NCBI GenBank assembly: GCA_965209055.1
Contig: OZ242374.1
Location: 3,520,001 to 3,584,000, forward strand
Direction: 5' to 3'
From: Acidobacteriota bacterium
GTDB taxonomy: Bacteria; Acidobacteriota; UBA6911; RPQK01; JAJDTT01
Length of the DNA stretch: 64,000 bases
The position numbers and the translations under genes were made by a program. Shown here piece by piece: positions 18,108 to 27,955 of the stretch (position 1 is its first letter; each line of letters begins with the position of its first letter). The notes under the pieces are model-generated. The model was not told the DNA's origin, did not search any database, and saw only the letters and a program-made list of their open reading frames with translations.

Positions 18108-18662
18108 ATGACAAGAACGTTCGTCACTTTGGATCAACTGCAGGAGGCACTGGATACGATTCTGGCGGCTCCCCGCCAGGAGGGCAGGGTGGAGGCCATC
18201 ACCGCCTGTCCGGCCACGAACGTCCGGAAGTCTTTGACCGAAGCCCGCCTCTCGCCGGAGGGGGGTCTGGAAGGGGACCGCTGGCAAGAGACCTGCTGGC
18301 GCAAGCTTCCAGACGGCAGCTCCGATCCCAAGGTGCAGTTGACCCTCATCAATTCGCGCCTCCTTTCCCTCATCGCCGGCAGCCGCGATCGCTGGTCCCT
18401 CTCGGGAGACAACCTGGCGGTGGACATGAACCTCACCGCGGAAAACCTCCCGGTCGGCACCCGTTTCCGGATCGGCGAGGCATTGGTGGAGGTCTCGGAA
18501 CTGCCGCACACGGGCTGCAAGAAATTCTCGAGCCGTTACGGCGTCGACGCCCTGAAGTTCGTGAATGGCCCCGGTACGAAGGATTTGCGGTTGCGCGGAT
18601 GCTACGTCTTCGTGGTGGAGGCGGGGCAGATCCGGGTCGGCGACTGCATCCGGAAACTGTAG
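18108..18662 (+). CDS. MOSC domain protein
   Basis: GGLEGDRW, GDNL.VD, PHTGCKKF, RLRG....V..G.IRVGD. Confidence 0.85.
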   Translation: MTRTFVTLDQLQEALDTILAAPRQEGRVEAITACPATNVRKSLTEARLSPEGGLEGDRWQETCWRKLPDGSSDPKVQLTLINSRLLSLIAGSRDRWSLSGDNLAVDMNLTAENLPVGTRFRIGEALVEVSELPHTGCKKFSSRYGVDALKFVNGPGTKDLRLRGCYVFVVEAGQIRVGDCIRKL

Positions 18663-18678
18663 TCGAGGCACACCGCCT

Positions 18679-18805
18679 GCCGCCATCGGCGGCATCGAGA
18701 TCGTTTGCCGGGACCTGAAGGGCCAGGTCCTGGGGATTCCTGTCCATGAATTGATCGGCGGACGCTGCCGGGTCCGGCTCTGTCCGGGAATCGACAGGAG
18801 CACTG
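18679..18805 (+). pseudogene. Internal fragment of a mandelate racemase/galactonate dehydratase gene
   Basis: AAIGGIEIVCRDLKGQVLGIPVHELIGGRCR is 24/31 identical to the protein at 42546-43685. Confidence 0.8.
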
Positions 18806-18927
18806 CACCGTCCCGAGGGCGACCGGTGCACGTCCAAATGCGGGCGAGTTCGCCTTACGAGAGGCTCACCGGCGGCTCAGGGACGCGACCAAGGAGTTCG
18901 AGGCGATGGAGGTCACCCGGAATCGAC

Positions 18928-19944
18928 ATGGACAGGCGTAAGTTTATCTATGCAACGACGTTGCCGCCTCTACTGGGAGCGGGGACCGGGATGAGGCTCC
19001 CGACCCGCTTCCAGGGCCAGGGCCAGAGGTGGAGGAAACTGAAGCTCATCTTCCCCTGCGCCGAAGAAGGCGGCTGGGACCGGTGCCCGTCGGCTCCTCA
19101 CATCGTCCAGGCCGGCGATCGGCTGCGCATGTACTACATGAGCATCGAGGGTCAGCGGAGGCGAATCGGCCTTGCGGAGGCTGACATTTCCGATCCCCTG
19201 AGTTGGAGGAAGGTTTCGAACCAGCCGCTTTTGGACTTCGGTCCGCCCGGGTCGATCGATTCCCACTGGGTGAGTTATCCCTGGGTGGTCCCCGTCACCG
19301 GGAAGCACTGGCACATGTATTACTGTGGCTGGGGGGGAGACTATCACTCCTTCGGCAGGTTCAAGGCCTATCGGACCACTCTGGCCGAGAGCGACGACGC
19401 CGGCCTGACCTGGAAGCGCAGCGGCCGGTCCCTGCTTGAATTGGGAAGGCCCTTTTCCTGCGACGAGCACGGCACCGGTTCCTGCGCCGTCCTGAAGGTC
19501 GGTTCGCAGTATTGGATGTGGTATACGGCCGTCGTACGCTGGCCTGAGACGAACAGCAAGATTTCAATCGCCCTTGCCGTCTCGAACGACGGGGGCCATA
19601 CCTTCAGGCCGCATCCCGCGGGGGCGCTGATCAATATTCCGCCCCGGATCGACTCCTACCTTTCAACCTGTTCCAAGCCCTTCGTGGAAAAGACCGGGAG
19701 CGGCTTTCGAATGTGGTTCAGCGTCGTCAAAGACCATCGCCGTCTCTACCGCATTCACTACGCCGAGAGCCCGGACGGAATACGGTGGAAGTGGTGGCCC
19801 GACCCGGTGCTGGAGGTCAGCGAGTCGGGTTGGGACAGCGAAATGACCTGCTATCCTTGCATTTGGCGCTCGGCGGAACACACCTACCTGTTCTATGACG
19901 GCAATCGCTTTGCTGGAATCGGGGTGGCGGAGTTGGTGGGTTAA
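18928..19944 (+). CDS. Tat-exported five-bladed beta-propeller glycosidase-like protein
   Basis: MDRRKFIY Tat motif; repeated WD...P...MYY..AES.DG..W blades. Confidence 0.7.
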   Translation: MDRRKFIYATTLPPLLGAGTGMRLPTRFQGQGQRWRKLKLIFPCAEEGGWDRCPSAPHIVQAGDRLRMYYMSIEGQRRRIGLAEADISDPLSWRKVSNQPLLDFGPPGSIDSHWVSYPWVVPVTGKHWHMYYCGWGGDYHSFGRFKAYRTTLAESDDAGLTWKRSGRSLLELGRPFSCDEHGTGSCAVLKVGSQYWMWYTAVVRWPETNSKISIALAVSNDGGHTFRPHPAGALINIPPRIDSYLSTCSKPFVEKTGSGFRMWFSVVKDHRRLYRIHYAESPDGIRWKWWPDPVLEVSESGWDSEMTCYPCIWRSAEHTYLFYDGNRFAGIGVAELVG

Positions 19945-19963
19945 CGGTCCGTTGAACAGAGAC

Positions 19964-21760
19964 TCATCGAGCGGATGCGTGGAAGCGGAAGTCATCCAGA
20001 GCGCCTTTGAAGAAGCCGCCCATGTCGTGGGTCAGGTCCCGGCTCAATGGCGCCCTGTTTTGGACGGGCTTCCGAAAATCCAGCTCCGCCCCTACCGAGA
20101 GAATGGATCGGCCCGTTCTCCTTCCGCCCGGGTGAGGCGCCGCTGCAACGAGCTGTCCGTCCAGGTAGAGGCGAATCATGGCGGCCTCTTCACTGTATTC
20201 CGCCAGGATGTGCTGCCACCGCTGCAAGACAACTGGCCGGATAGCCCGGCACCGAGTGAAGCCATCTGCAGCGTTTGACATTCCCACCTCGAATAGTGGC
20301 CGACCCCGGCCGTCGATCCCGATACGCCATTCCCGGCTCGGGAAGCCCGAAAACATCCCTTCCACGTTGGACTTGCTCACCAGAGCCTGGGGACGGCTCA
20401 CGTCGCCCGGCCACAGGTAAAATGAGATCGAAAGGCTTCCGCGCCCAAGAAGCGGCATGTGGTGAGCCCACAGGAAATCGTCCTGACCGTCGAACTCGTA
20501 GGCCGTTCCCGTCTCTGGACGGGCACCCGGTCGTCCCACCGCGGCACCCTCGTTCCGGCCCCGGTGCCCAAACGTGGTCCTGTCTTCCAAATGGCCGCCG
20601 CCGCCTTCATCCAGGGGCCAGTGACAGACCAAGCTGTCTGAGGGTGAGGCATCAAGGTATCCGAAGCCGTAGCCGATGGCACCCACGTACCTGGCGTCTT
20701 GCCGGCCTCCTCGTTCCCGCACCCCGTTCCACCACATCTGAACCCGGCCGTCCGGCAGGATCAAGACGCCGGGCTCATAGGTCGCCCAGTTATCCCAACT
20801 GAAGGGAGTCGTGGTTGCCAGGGGATTCGCCGGCCCGGGCGTAAATCGGAGTCCGTCCCGGGAAACGGCATACCCCAGATTGTAAGGCGCCGACCAGGTG
20901 CTACAGAACAGATAGTACAAACCTCCATGCCGGACGACACAGGGACCGGCCAATCCGCGGGCCGGCTGCCAGGCATCGCGGGCATTCCAGGCCGGAGTGT
21001 GGTTGCCATCCCCATCGGCGGGAACGGCAAAGTCTATTCCGTCAGGAGAGACGGCATAGCCGATGTGGTCGAAATTGCCGGAAGTCTCGGCCTGAAAGTA
21101 CATGATATAGCCCCCTTCAGGCCGTTGAACGACGCAAGGCTCGCTGGCAGTGAGGATCGGCAGGCCGTTGATCTTCTTGCCCTCCAGTTGCGCCGCACCC
21201 AGGACCAGGCGGAAATTCTTCCAGTGAGTACCATCGTGGCTTTCGGCGTAGCCGATCTGCTCGATGCCGTTGGCCGAAAAGTAGATCCGGTAAAGCCCCC
21301 CCTCCTTGAAGCCCCATGGCTCCAACACCTCTTTGTTGCACCAGGAATAGTCCGGGTTGGGGAGTAAGCGTCGAGCGGGATCCTTGACCCAATGAACTCC
21401 GTCGCGGGAGGAGGCATAGGCGACAGTCCACCGGTGACCGGCGTCATATGGGGGGTATTCGATGGCTTCGTACCACATTTCGTAGACACCATCGACCAAC
21501 TGCACACACGGCTCGCCCAGGTAGCCCTCGTCGTACGAGCCAGGTGGTCCGTTGTCAAGGACGGGGCTCGGATACTTGAAAATCTCCAGACGGGGCACAT
21601 CCTGTCCCCCACCGTGTTCCTCGGGACCAGGGTCCGCGACACAGCCTGTGAGCAGTGAAGCGGTGAGAGTGAGAGTCGCGGCTACGATGGGGATTCGGGC
21701 TGGTCTCCGGACAGGTCCTGTCCTCTCCGGGTTCTTCGTGATCGAGTCGGTAAGAGGCAC
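19964..21760 (-). CDS. Beta-propeller glycosidase-like lipoprotein with C-terminal LamG/ConA domain
   Basis: Lipobox LLTGC; EP.V..YA.S.DG blades; LVCHWPLDE...LYLDG...FKGALDDFR. Confidence 0.7.
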   Translation of the reverse strand: MPLTDSITKNPERTGPVRRPARIPIVAATLTLTASLLTGCVADPGPEEHGGGQDVPRLEIFKYPSPVLDNGPPGSYDEGYLGEPCVQLVDGVYEMWYEAIEYPPYDAGHRWTVAYASSRDGVHWVKDPARRLLPNPDYSWCNKEVLEPWGFKEGGLYRIYFSANGIEQIGYAESHDGTHWKNFRLVLGAAQLEGKKINGLPILTASEPCVVQRPEGGYIMYFQAETSGNFDHIGYAVSPDGIDFAVPADGDGNHTPAWNARDAWQPARGLAGPCVVRHGGLYYLFCSTWSAPYNLGYAVSRDGLRFTPGPANPLATTTPFSWDNWATYEPGVLILPDGRVQMWWNGVRERGGRQDARYVGAIGYGFGYLDASPSDSLVCHWPLDEGGGGHLEDRTTFGHRGRNEGAAVGRPGARPETGTAYEFDGQDDFLWAHHMPLLGRGSLSISFYLWPGDVSRPQALVSKSNVEGMFSGFPSREWRIGIDGRGRPLFEVGMSNAADGFTRCRAIRPVVLQRWQHILAEYSEEAAMIRLYLDGQLVAAAPHPGGRRTGRSILSVGAELDFRKPVQNRAPLSRDLTHDMGGFFKGALDDFRFHASAR

Positions 21761-21900
21761 GATAGCATCAAGGCCTCATAAGGCCTGCCCGTAGTTGAGC
21801 GGTCCGGGCTACCTGGGCAAGCAGCTCAGGAATTGGGACCTCCTTCGTATTCAGTCCGGTCAGACAAGGGAAAGGATGGAGAACGGATCCGGGAGTCCTC

Positions 21901-23541
21901 TCAGCCGGCGGCCTCTGCTGCCACGTCAAAGGCCTCGGAGACTCGAACCTCTCTTTCCTGGATCAGATCCTTCACCGTCACCGTGATCTCATAGCTTCCC
22001 GGCTCGAAGCTCTGCAGGGAGACGGGCAGGACCAGCACGACTCTCTGCTCGGAGAGATATTGTATCGACCGACCCATGATGTCGATGAACTGCGCGACCG
22101 GGTGTCCATCTCTCGCCACCCGGTACGCGACCCTCAGTGAGGGCCGCATTGCGGTCTGATCCAGGGCAACGTTGTACACCTGGAGATAAAAATTGAGATT
22201 TTCCGAGGGCCGGAAGACTTTGTCCAAGCTCGGTCGAATCTGCAAGTCTCCCAGAACGAACATCGCATTGCGCTCTGGGGCCCTCTCCAGTCGCGTGATT
22301 CGATTCGAGAGCAGAATCGAGCTGACTGAAAGCTCGGACCGGTGCGGCGGTGGAATCAATACCAGGCGGCGGACCCCCACACGCCCGCTGTTGAGATCCT
22401 TGATGATCAGGTCCAGCTTGTAGCGGCCCTTTCGTTCCAGCACCAAAACCCTTTGATAGACGGAGCGGGCGGTCCGGGCCCGATAATCGCTCACCAGATC
22501 CGCTTCGAATTCGTCCACAGTCCGATTCGACAAACTGGTTACGATTCCATAGACCGCCATGCGGGCCCGCCTTCCATGCTCTTCCTCGCCGAAAGTGAGT
22601 TCACGATCGTGGATTTCGACACTGACCGGCACCAGGGCGCGCGTCTCGTCGAGGCCGAAATAATCGACCCGGTGGGAAAAGGGAAGGTCCTGGTAAGTGA
22701 CGTCGACCTCCACGAGGCGTTTCAGGTCACGATGCTTGAGGGGCTTGGCGTGCCGGATCCTGGTAAACGTCTGGTAGCGGTCGAAGGCGGTGTCCCGGGC
22801 TCGAAAGCTTCGGAGATTGGCGTTTCCGGGCGAAGTGAACGCCGTCCCTTCCAGGGATTCGTCGCGCTGAATCATTTCAGCAATGGTGTTGCCTGCGCCG
22901 GCCACATGGAGCAGGGCATCCTTCTCGTCGGGGTTGAGGGCGAGCCTGTATTCCCCACTCCATGAAGGGTCTACGAACTCCAGGATGACATCGGATCCAA
23001 GGCCTTCGATGAAGCGGTACCTCCAGACTTCGAACGGATGAGCTACGGTGGTTCCTCCTCCCTCTTCAAGGGGCCGGTCATACCTCCCGCCGGAAGGGTG
23101 TGCCTCGATCTCGTCCGGTGGCCCGTGAATGATGTAGATGCGGCCCCGGTCATGCATCCATCCGGGAAAGCCGCTGGCGAATCTCTCGTTGGCATAGGCG
23201 ATCCGGCGATAGTGTTCTTCCTTGAACTCGTTGGCGGCGCTGCGCGGATCCGGATCTCTTTGGAACCAGAACTGTTCGATGAACTGCTCCTTTTCTTCCG
23301 GGGTGGTCAGACTCTCGAAGACGGCGCGCTCTTCCTTGGAGATCACGTAGACGACGTCCTCGTCCAACCATCGTCGAAAGTAATCTTGCGCTTCCTCTTT
23401 GAGCTGGGCTTGAGGCGGGGACTTCCCGGAGTTGTTCGCCTGGGCTCCGGCCAGGATCGGAACCTCCGGCAGAATAAACAGGAGAAGAGCAATCAGCAGT
23501 CGACGGAGAATTCTTTCGAAAGAAAGAATCGGCGGGTTCAC
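21901..23541 (-). CDS. GWxTD domain-containing protein
   Basis: WLDEDVVYVI..EER, FW..RDP.P....NEFKEEHYRRIAYAN, GWMHDRGRIYI.HGPPDEI; start uncertain. Confidence 0.85.
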   Translation of the reverse strand: MNPPILSFERILRRLLIALLLFILPEVPILAGAQANNSGKSPPQAQLKEEAQDYFRRWLDEDVVYVISKEERAVFESLTTPEEKEQFIEQFWFQRDPDPRSAANEFKEEHYRRIAYANERFASGFPGWMHDRGRIYIIHGPPDEIEAHPSGGRYDRPLEEGGGTTVAHPFEVWRYRFIEGLGSDVILEFVDPSWSGEYRLALNPDEKDALLHVAGAGNTIAEMIQRDESLEGTAFTSPGNANLRSFRARDTAFDRYQTFTRIRHAKPLKHRDLKRLVEVDVTYQDLPFSHRVDYFGLDETRALVPVSVEIHDRELTFGEEEHGRRARMAVYGIVTSLSNRTVDEFEADLVSDYRARTARSVYQRVLVLERKGRYKLDLIIKDLNSGRVGVRRLVLIPPPHRSELSVSSILLSNRITRLERAPERNAMFVLGDLQIRPSLDKVFRPSENLNFYLQVYNVALDQTAMRPSLRVAYRVARDGHPVAQFIDIMGRSIQYLSEQRVVLVLPVSLQSFEPGSYEITVTVKDLIQEREVRVSEAFDVAAEAAG

Positions 23542-23584
23542 GCCCTGATTATACAAGAACCCTGAAGACACCGGAATCGTTCTA

Positions 23585-26311
23585 TTACTTCAGACGGAAT
23601 GAATAGAGCTTGGGAGATCCCCCTGTGGCCGCCAGATGGAACCTGATCTGGAATGACTTCCCCTCAAGCCCCCGGAGGCCTCCTCCGCTTTCCCATTCGA
23701 CTCTCCAAGCCACCGAGTCCCCCTCGAACCTGGGACTCTCCTCTTTCGAGTACCCCGGGAGTGGCCGTCCGGAGGCGGGATCGATCAGCTCGACTTGCAG
23801 GAAGCCTCCGGCGCTGCAGTCGGCGTTCACGTACAGTTCAGAAGCCGTGCCGGGCCCGATGGGAATGGTGGTGAGACTGCCTCGAGCCCGTTCCTTCACC
23901 AACTCCAGATGGGTGAAGCCGTCCAGTCTCAGCGTCGCCACGCCCCCCGAGGGCTGCCCTTCGGCCCAATGCGAAAGGCGCCAGCCTCCGTAGTACAGCT
24001 TGATTTCTTCCTCATCCACCAGGGGCACGGAAGGGGCGACCATGTCCGAGTCCCAGGCGTCCGGAGCGCCGCGAGTGATCACCTTCTCGCCGGGCTGAAT
24101 GAATACGAAGGACTCTCCGTCACGGCTCGCGGCCAGTTCCACATCCATGTTCGACCCGCTGTGCTGGTATTGATACAGGGCCAGGTAGTAGCCGTATTGC
24201 TTCCACACCACCACATCATGGATCTGTTCCACCTTTCCGCTTCTGACGACGGGTACGCTTCGCGCAAAGGGGTCGAAAATGGGGTTCTGAGGATGCCCCG
24301 TCCACTGAACGGCATCCGGGCTGTAGCCGTAGGCTCCGCCGCGGCGGCTGATATTCAATGAAGTAAAGCCGTAAGCCTTGTAGCGCTTTCCGGGATCCTT
24401 TTCCGCCTCGTCGAAAAAAAGGGACATGGGCACGAAAGAACCGGGCTGGCCGGCAGGAAAGGAGATGTTCCCTCCTGCCTGTTCCCGCCACCGGATTCCG
24501 TCGGGTGAGGTGAAGAGGGTCCAGCGCTGCCTCTCCGGCAGGTGCGGCGCAGTCGCTTCCTCACGGGCGTCGCGGTCCCACTTCAGCAGCTTGTACCTCT
24601 TCGCCGGGTCCGCCTCATGGGCGTCGCGATGGATTCCCCCCGCAAAGATGGGCTTGTAAACCGGGGCGGGGGGAAGTCCGTGAACCAGATTCGTACGCTC
24701 CCGTCCTCCAAAGGGAACCATCCCCAGATCGACTCTCCTGAAATCGTAACCGTCGTTGCTCTCCGCGTAACCGATCCGGCGCATGGGTACGGGGCCCGAC
24801 TCGGGCCACTCGGACCCTGGCTCGCGAAAGACGCCGGAATACCACATTCGATACACGCCATTCTCTTTCAGGACGCCCAATTGGGAGGCTCCCCCGGCAT
24901 CGAAGTCCCCGGCGGCTCCTCGCGCGATCACCGGGTTTCCCTGGTATTTCGTGGCCTCATTGACCTTCAGCCGCAGACCGTCCAGCGCTTTCAACTCCTT
25001 CAGATCCAAGAACAAGACAGTCGTTCCGGGAGTGGCTGTGAGAGACGGGACCGGCATCGTGTGATAGGCCGTCTTGGGAAACCGGCTTTCGTGGGTGATG
25101 GAGACACCGATCCCCTCAGCGTCCTCAGCCATTTTCTCCTCCACCGCCAGCCGCTCGATGGAGAGATGGTTTTCGTCCATTCTGGGCGTATTGCGCGTGA
25201 GCCAGTAGGCGTTCAAGACCGGACTCCACTGCTTTTCCAGCCAGCGGGCGTAAAATACGTGCTGGCGGGTGCCGTTGATGAAGAAAACCCAGGGGATGCC
25301 GTAGCGGTCGACGGCAAACCGGGGCGAGTGACAGAAATCCCACGCGAACCTTTCATCCTCGCCGGTGAGAGGAAAATGTTTCTTTTGTTCGGCCCCCGGA
25401 AAAACGGATCTCAACTCCGCCGTTCCGCTCTCATGGACCGCCAGTATTCCAGCGGGCGTCTCCACCAGGGCCGGGCGATAGGCCCAGAGCCTCCAGGGTC
25501 CGGCGGGCACGGAAGAGGAGGCCCGGGTTGCAACGGCAGACCCTTGGAGCGTCTCTTGCAGATCGGAAGGCTCTTTGCTGAGATAGAAACCACGCCCTTC
25601 CCGGTTATGCCAGGCCAGGTGAAAGCGCCCCCCGCTGTCAATGAGAAGAGCGGGTGGCGCATGGCTGCCTCCGGCGGCGACTTCGAAAGCTTCCCATTTC
25701 CCTCCGCTGATGCTCCCCAGGTGGAGTGAGGCGTCGTCGCCCGTCCCGGCCGCCCATGCCACCCAGACATCGCCATTGGGCGCCTGCCGGATGTCACCCA
25801 CGAGCGAACCCGCCTCGGCCAGAATCAGCGCTCCCGGCGTCCCATCGGCTGGATTCATCCAGGGCAGCTCCTCTCCGGCCTTCAGGCGCCTCTTGAGTGG
25901 ATCCAGGCTCAACATGCTGTAACCGGAAAGACCCTCTTCGGTGCTCCAGACGAAATGCAGTCGGCCGGCCCCATCGAGGGCCATGCCGGCACAGCAAATG
26001 GATTCGCGGGCGCTCCGGGGAGGGACGAGGTCGACCGGGGGGAGAAAATCCTCCAGTGATCGAGATCTGGTGTTTCTTGAGATTCGAAGTGCGAAGCCCG
26101 CCTGTCCCTCGGGTCCCCTCCCGGGTGTCAGGAGGTAGCGGATCCCCTCGCCGTCCCGGACCACCCACCGGCTGATGGCCCGATCGAACTCTCGAAGCAA
26201 TAGCCTGCTGGGGCCGGCGAGAAGGGGAGAACAGACGGGCAAGAGAGCCGGAAATGAGAGGAGCAAGAGGCAGCAGACCTTCGGCCTGCAAAATATAAGA
26301 TTCTTGTCCAT
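23585..26311 (-). CDS. Large secreted protein: N-terminal propeller plus orphan GH-like propeller/beta-sandwich
   Basis: GGAGGA RBS; signal peptide; G.LH..W repeats; LFLD, SRDG, LRLDGF, LYSF. Confidence 0.65.
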   Translation of the reverse strand: MDKNLIFCRPKVCCLLLLSFPALLPVCSPLLAGPSRLLLREFDRAISRWVVRDGEGIRYLLTPGRGPEGQAGFALRISRNTRSRSLEDFLPPVDLVPPRSARESICCAGMALDGAGRLHFVWSTEEGLSGYSMLSLDPLKRRLKAGEELPWMNPADGTPGALILAEAGSLVGDIRQAPNGDVWVAWAAGTGDDASLHLGSISGGKWEAFEVAAGGSHAPPALLIDSGGRFHLAWHNREGRGFYLSKEPSDLQETLQGSAVATRASSSVPAGPWRLWAYRPALVETPAGILAVHESGTAELRSVFPGAEQKKHFPLTGEDERFAWDFCHSPRFAVDRYGIPWVFFINGTRQHVFYARWLEKQWSPVLNAYWLTRNTPRMDENHLSIERLAVEEKMAEDAEGIGVSITHESRFPKTAYHTMPVPSLTATPGTTVLFLDLKELKALDGLRLKVNEATKYQGNPVIARGAAGDFDAGGASQLGVLKENGVYRMWYSGVFREPGSEWPESGPVPMRRIGYAESNDGYDFRRVDLGMVPFGGRERTNLVHGLPPAPVYKPIFAGGIHRDAHEADPAKRYKLLKWDRDAREEATAPHLPERQRWTLFTSPDGIRWREQAGGNISFPAGQPGSFVPMSLFFDEAEKDPGKRYKAYGFTSLNISRRGGAYGYSPDAVQWTGHPQNPIFDPFARSVPVVRSGKVEQIHDVVVWKQYGYYLALYQYQHSGSNMDVELAASRDGESFVFIQPGEKVITRGAPDAWDSDMVAPSVPLVDEEEIKLYYGGWRLSHWAEGQPSGGVATLRLDGFTHLELVKERARGSLTTIPIGPGTASELYVNADCSAGGFLQVELIDPASGRPLPGYSKEESPRFEGDSVAWRVEWESGGGLRGLEGKSFQIRFHLAATGGSPKLYSFRLK

Positions 26312-26395
26312 TTGATCCTCCACTTGGCGGGCGGTTCCCTTCCGGACGGCGCGGTCAGGAATACTGCAATACAATTCAGTATACGGAGAGTGAAC

Positions 26396-27955
26396 ATGAC
26401 AACCAATCGTCGCACCTTTTTGAATCGGGTCCCCTTGATAACGGCCGTCGCCGCAATGCACCCGGTGGTACCCGCCGGCGCGGGCCGGAAGAGCACCCGT
26501 GAGGCCGTTCCCATAGGCTCGCGCCGCGAGTTGTTCCTGGACGACTTCATGATCGAGCAGCTCTCAGGCAGAGCCCGGCTTCGACTTCATCATCCGGTCT
26601 TTCGCGAGGTCGTGATCGAACATGACGAACCCTGGGAAGGAAACGCCAGCGGATCCCACACCGTACTCCGGGATGGCGACGGCTACCGCATGTACTATCG
26701 CGGTTGGAACTTCAAGACCCTCCCGGGAAAACTCGTATTCGACGGCAGACCGGTCGCCTGTCTTGCCCGGAGCCGGGATGGAATTCACTGGGTCAAGCCC
26801 GACCTCGGCATTGTCGAATACCAGGGATCGAAACAGAACAACATCATTGTGGATGGAATCGGCACTCATAATTTCATGCCGGTGATCGACGAGAACCCCG
26901 CCTGCCCCAGGGAGGAGCGGTACAAGGCATTGGCCGGCATCAAGCGAGAGGGCGGACTGTTCGCCTACAAATCCCCGGACGGCGTCCACTGGTCCTTGAT
27001 GCGGGAAAAACCGGTGATCACCAACGGCGCGTTCGATTCCGCCAACCTTGCCTTCTGGGATCCCACCATCGGCCGGTACCGTGCCTACTGGCGAACCTTC
27101 ACCGGCGGCGTCACCGAAAAGGACAATTGGAAGCCGGCCGGCTTCCGGGCCATTCGTACCGCTACTTCCGGGAATTTCCTTGACTGGGACAACCATGCCG
27201 ATTTGACCTATTTCGATTCTCCCGAAGAGCACTTGTATATAAACAACGTGGCGCCCTACTATCGGGCGCCCCACATCCTGGTGGGAACGCCGCAGCGATA
27301 TATCGAACGAGGTTGGTCCGCTTCGATGAGAGCTCTTCCGGACCTGGAGAAACGGGAATTGAGAGCCAGCTCGCATCTACGCTATGGGACGGCTTTGACC
27401 GAAACCCTGATCATGGCAAGCCGTGATGGTGTGAAGTTCAAGCGCTGGAATGAAGGTTTCATTCGACCGGGCATACAACGTGACGATTCGTGGTATTACG
27501 CTCACCAGACAGTGGCCTGGCAGATGCTGGAAACCAAAGCGGCCCGGGCCGGAGCCCCCAATGAACTGTCTTTTTATGCCTCCTCGGGTTATTGGCACGG
27601 CAAGGGTGGAAAGATGAGCCGCTACACCCTGCGCCTGGATGGATTCGTCTCAGCCTCGGCGCCGATGCGAGGCGGCGAGTTGCTGACCCGGGTCTTGAAG
27701 TTCGAAGGAAGCAAGCTGAGGCTGAACTTCGCCACCTCGGCGGCGGGCACACTCAAAGTTGAAATGCAGGACGCCGAGGGCCGTCCGATCCCCGGCTACT
27801 CGTTGCCGGAAGCGGATGAAACCTTCGGGAATGAGATCGACCGAACGGTTTCCTGGAACGGTTCCACGGACGTGAGCAGGATTGCGGGTCAGGCGATTCG
27901 CTTGCGCTTTATCCTGCAAGACGCCGATCTGTATGCGTTTCAGTTCGGGGAATGA
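26396..27955 (+). CDS. Tat-exported orphan GH-like beta-propeller protein
   Basis: NRRTFL; RRELFLDD, SRDGIHW, GAFDS, LRLDGF, LYAFQF. Confidence 0.75.
   Translation: MTTNRRTFLNRVPLITAVAAMHPVVPAGAGRKSTREAVPIGSRRELFLDDFMIEQLSGRARLRLHHPVFREVVIEHDEPWEGNASGSHTVLRDGDGYRMYYRGWNFKTLPGKLVFDGRPVACLARSRDGIHWVKPDLGIVEYQGSKQNNIIVDGIGTHNFMPVIDENPACPREERYKALAGIKREGGLFAYKSPDGVHWSLMREKPVITNGAFDSANLAFWDPTIGRYRAYWRTFTGGVTEKDNWKPAGFRAIRTATSGNFLDWDNHADLTYFDSPEEHLYINNVAPYYRAPHILVGTPQRYIERGWSASMRALPDLEKRELRASSHLRYGTALTETLIMASRDGVKFKRWNEGFIRPGIQRDDSWYYAHQTVAWQMLETKAARAGAPNELSFYASSGYWHGKGGKMSRYTLRLDGFVSASAPMRGGELLTRVLKFEGSKLRLNFATSAAGTLKVEMQDAEGRPIPGYSLPEADETFGNEIDRTVSWNGSTDVSRIAGQAIRLRFILQDADLYAFQFGE

Noticed and set aside
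16596-18803. 735-aa antisense ORF (likewise 46836-48632 and 55202-57289)
   Set aside because: Antisense shadows of real genes.
18565-18927. N-terminal extension that would fuse an enolase fragment to the Tat propeller protein
   Set aside because: The Tat signal and RBS place the start at 18928; the upstream part is a pseudogene remnant that happens to be in frame.
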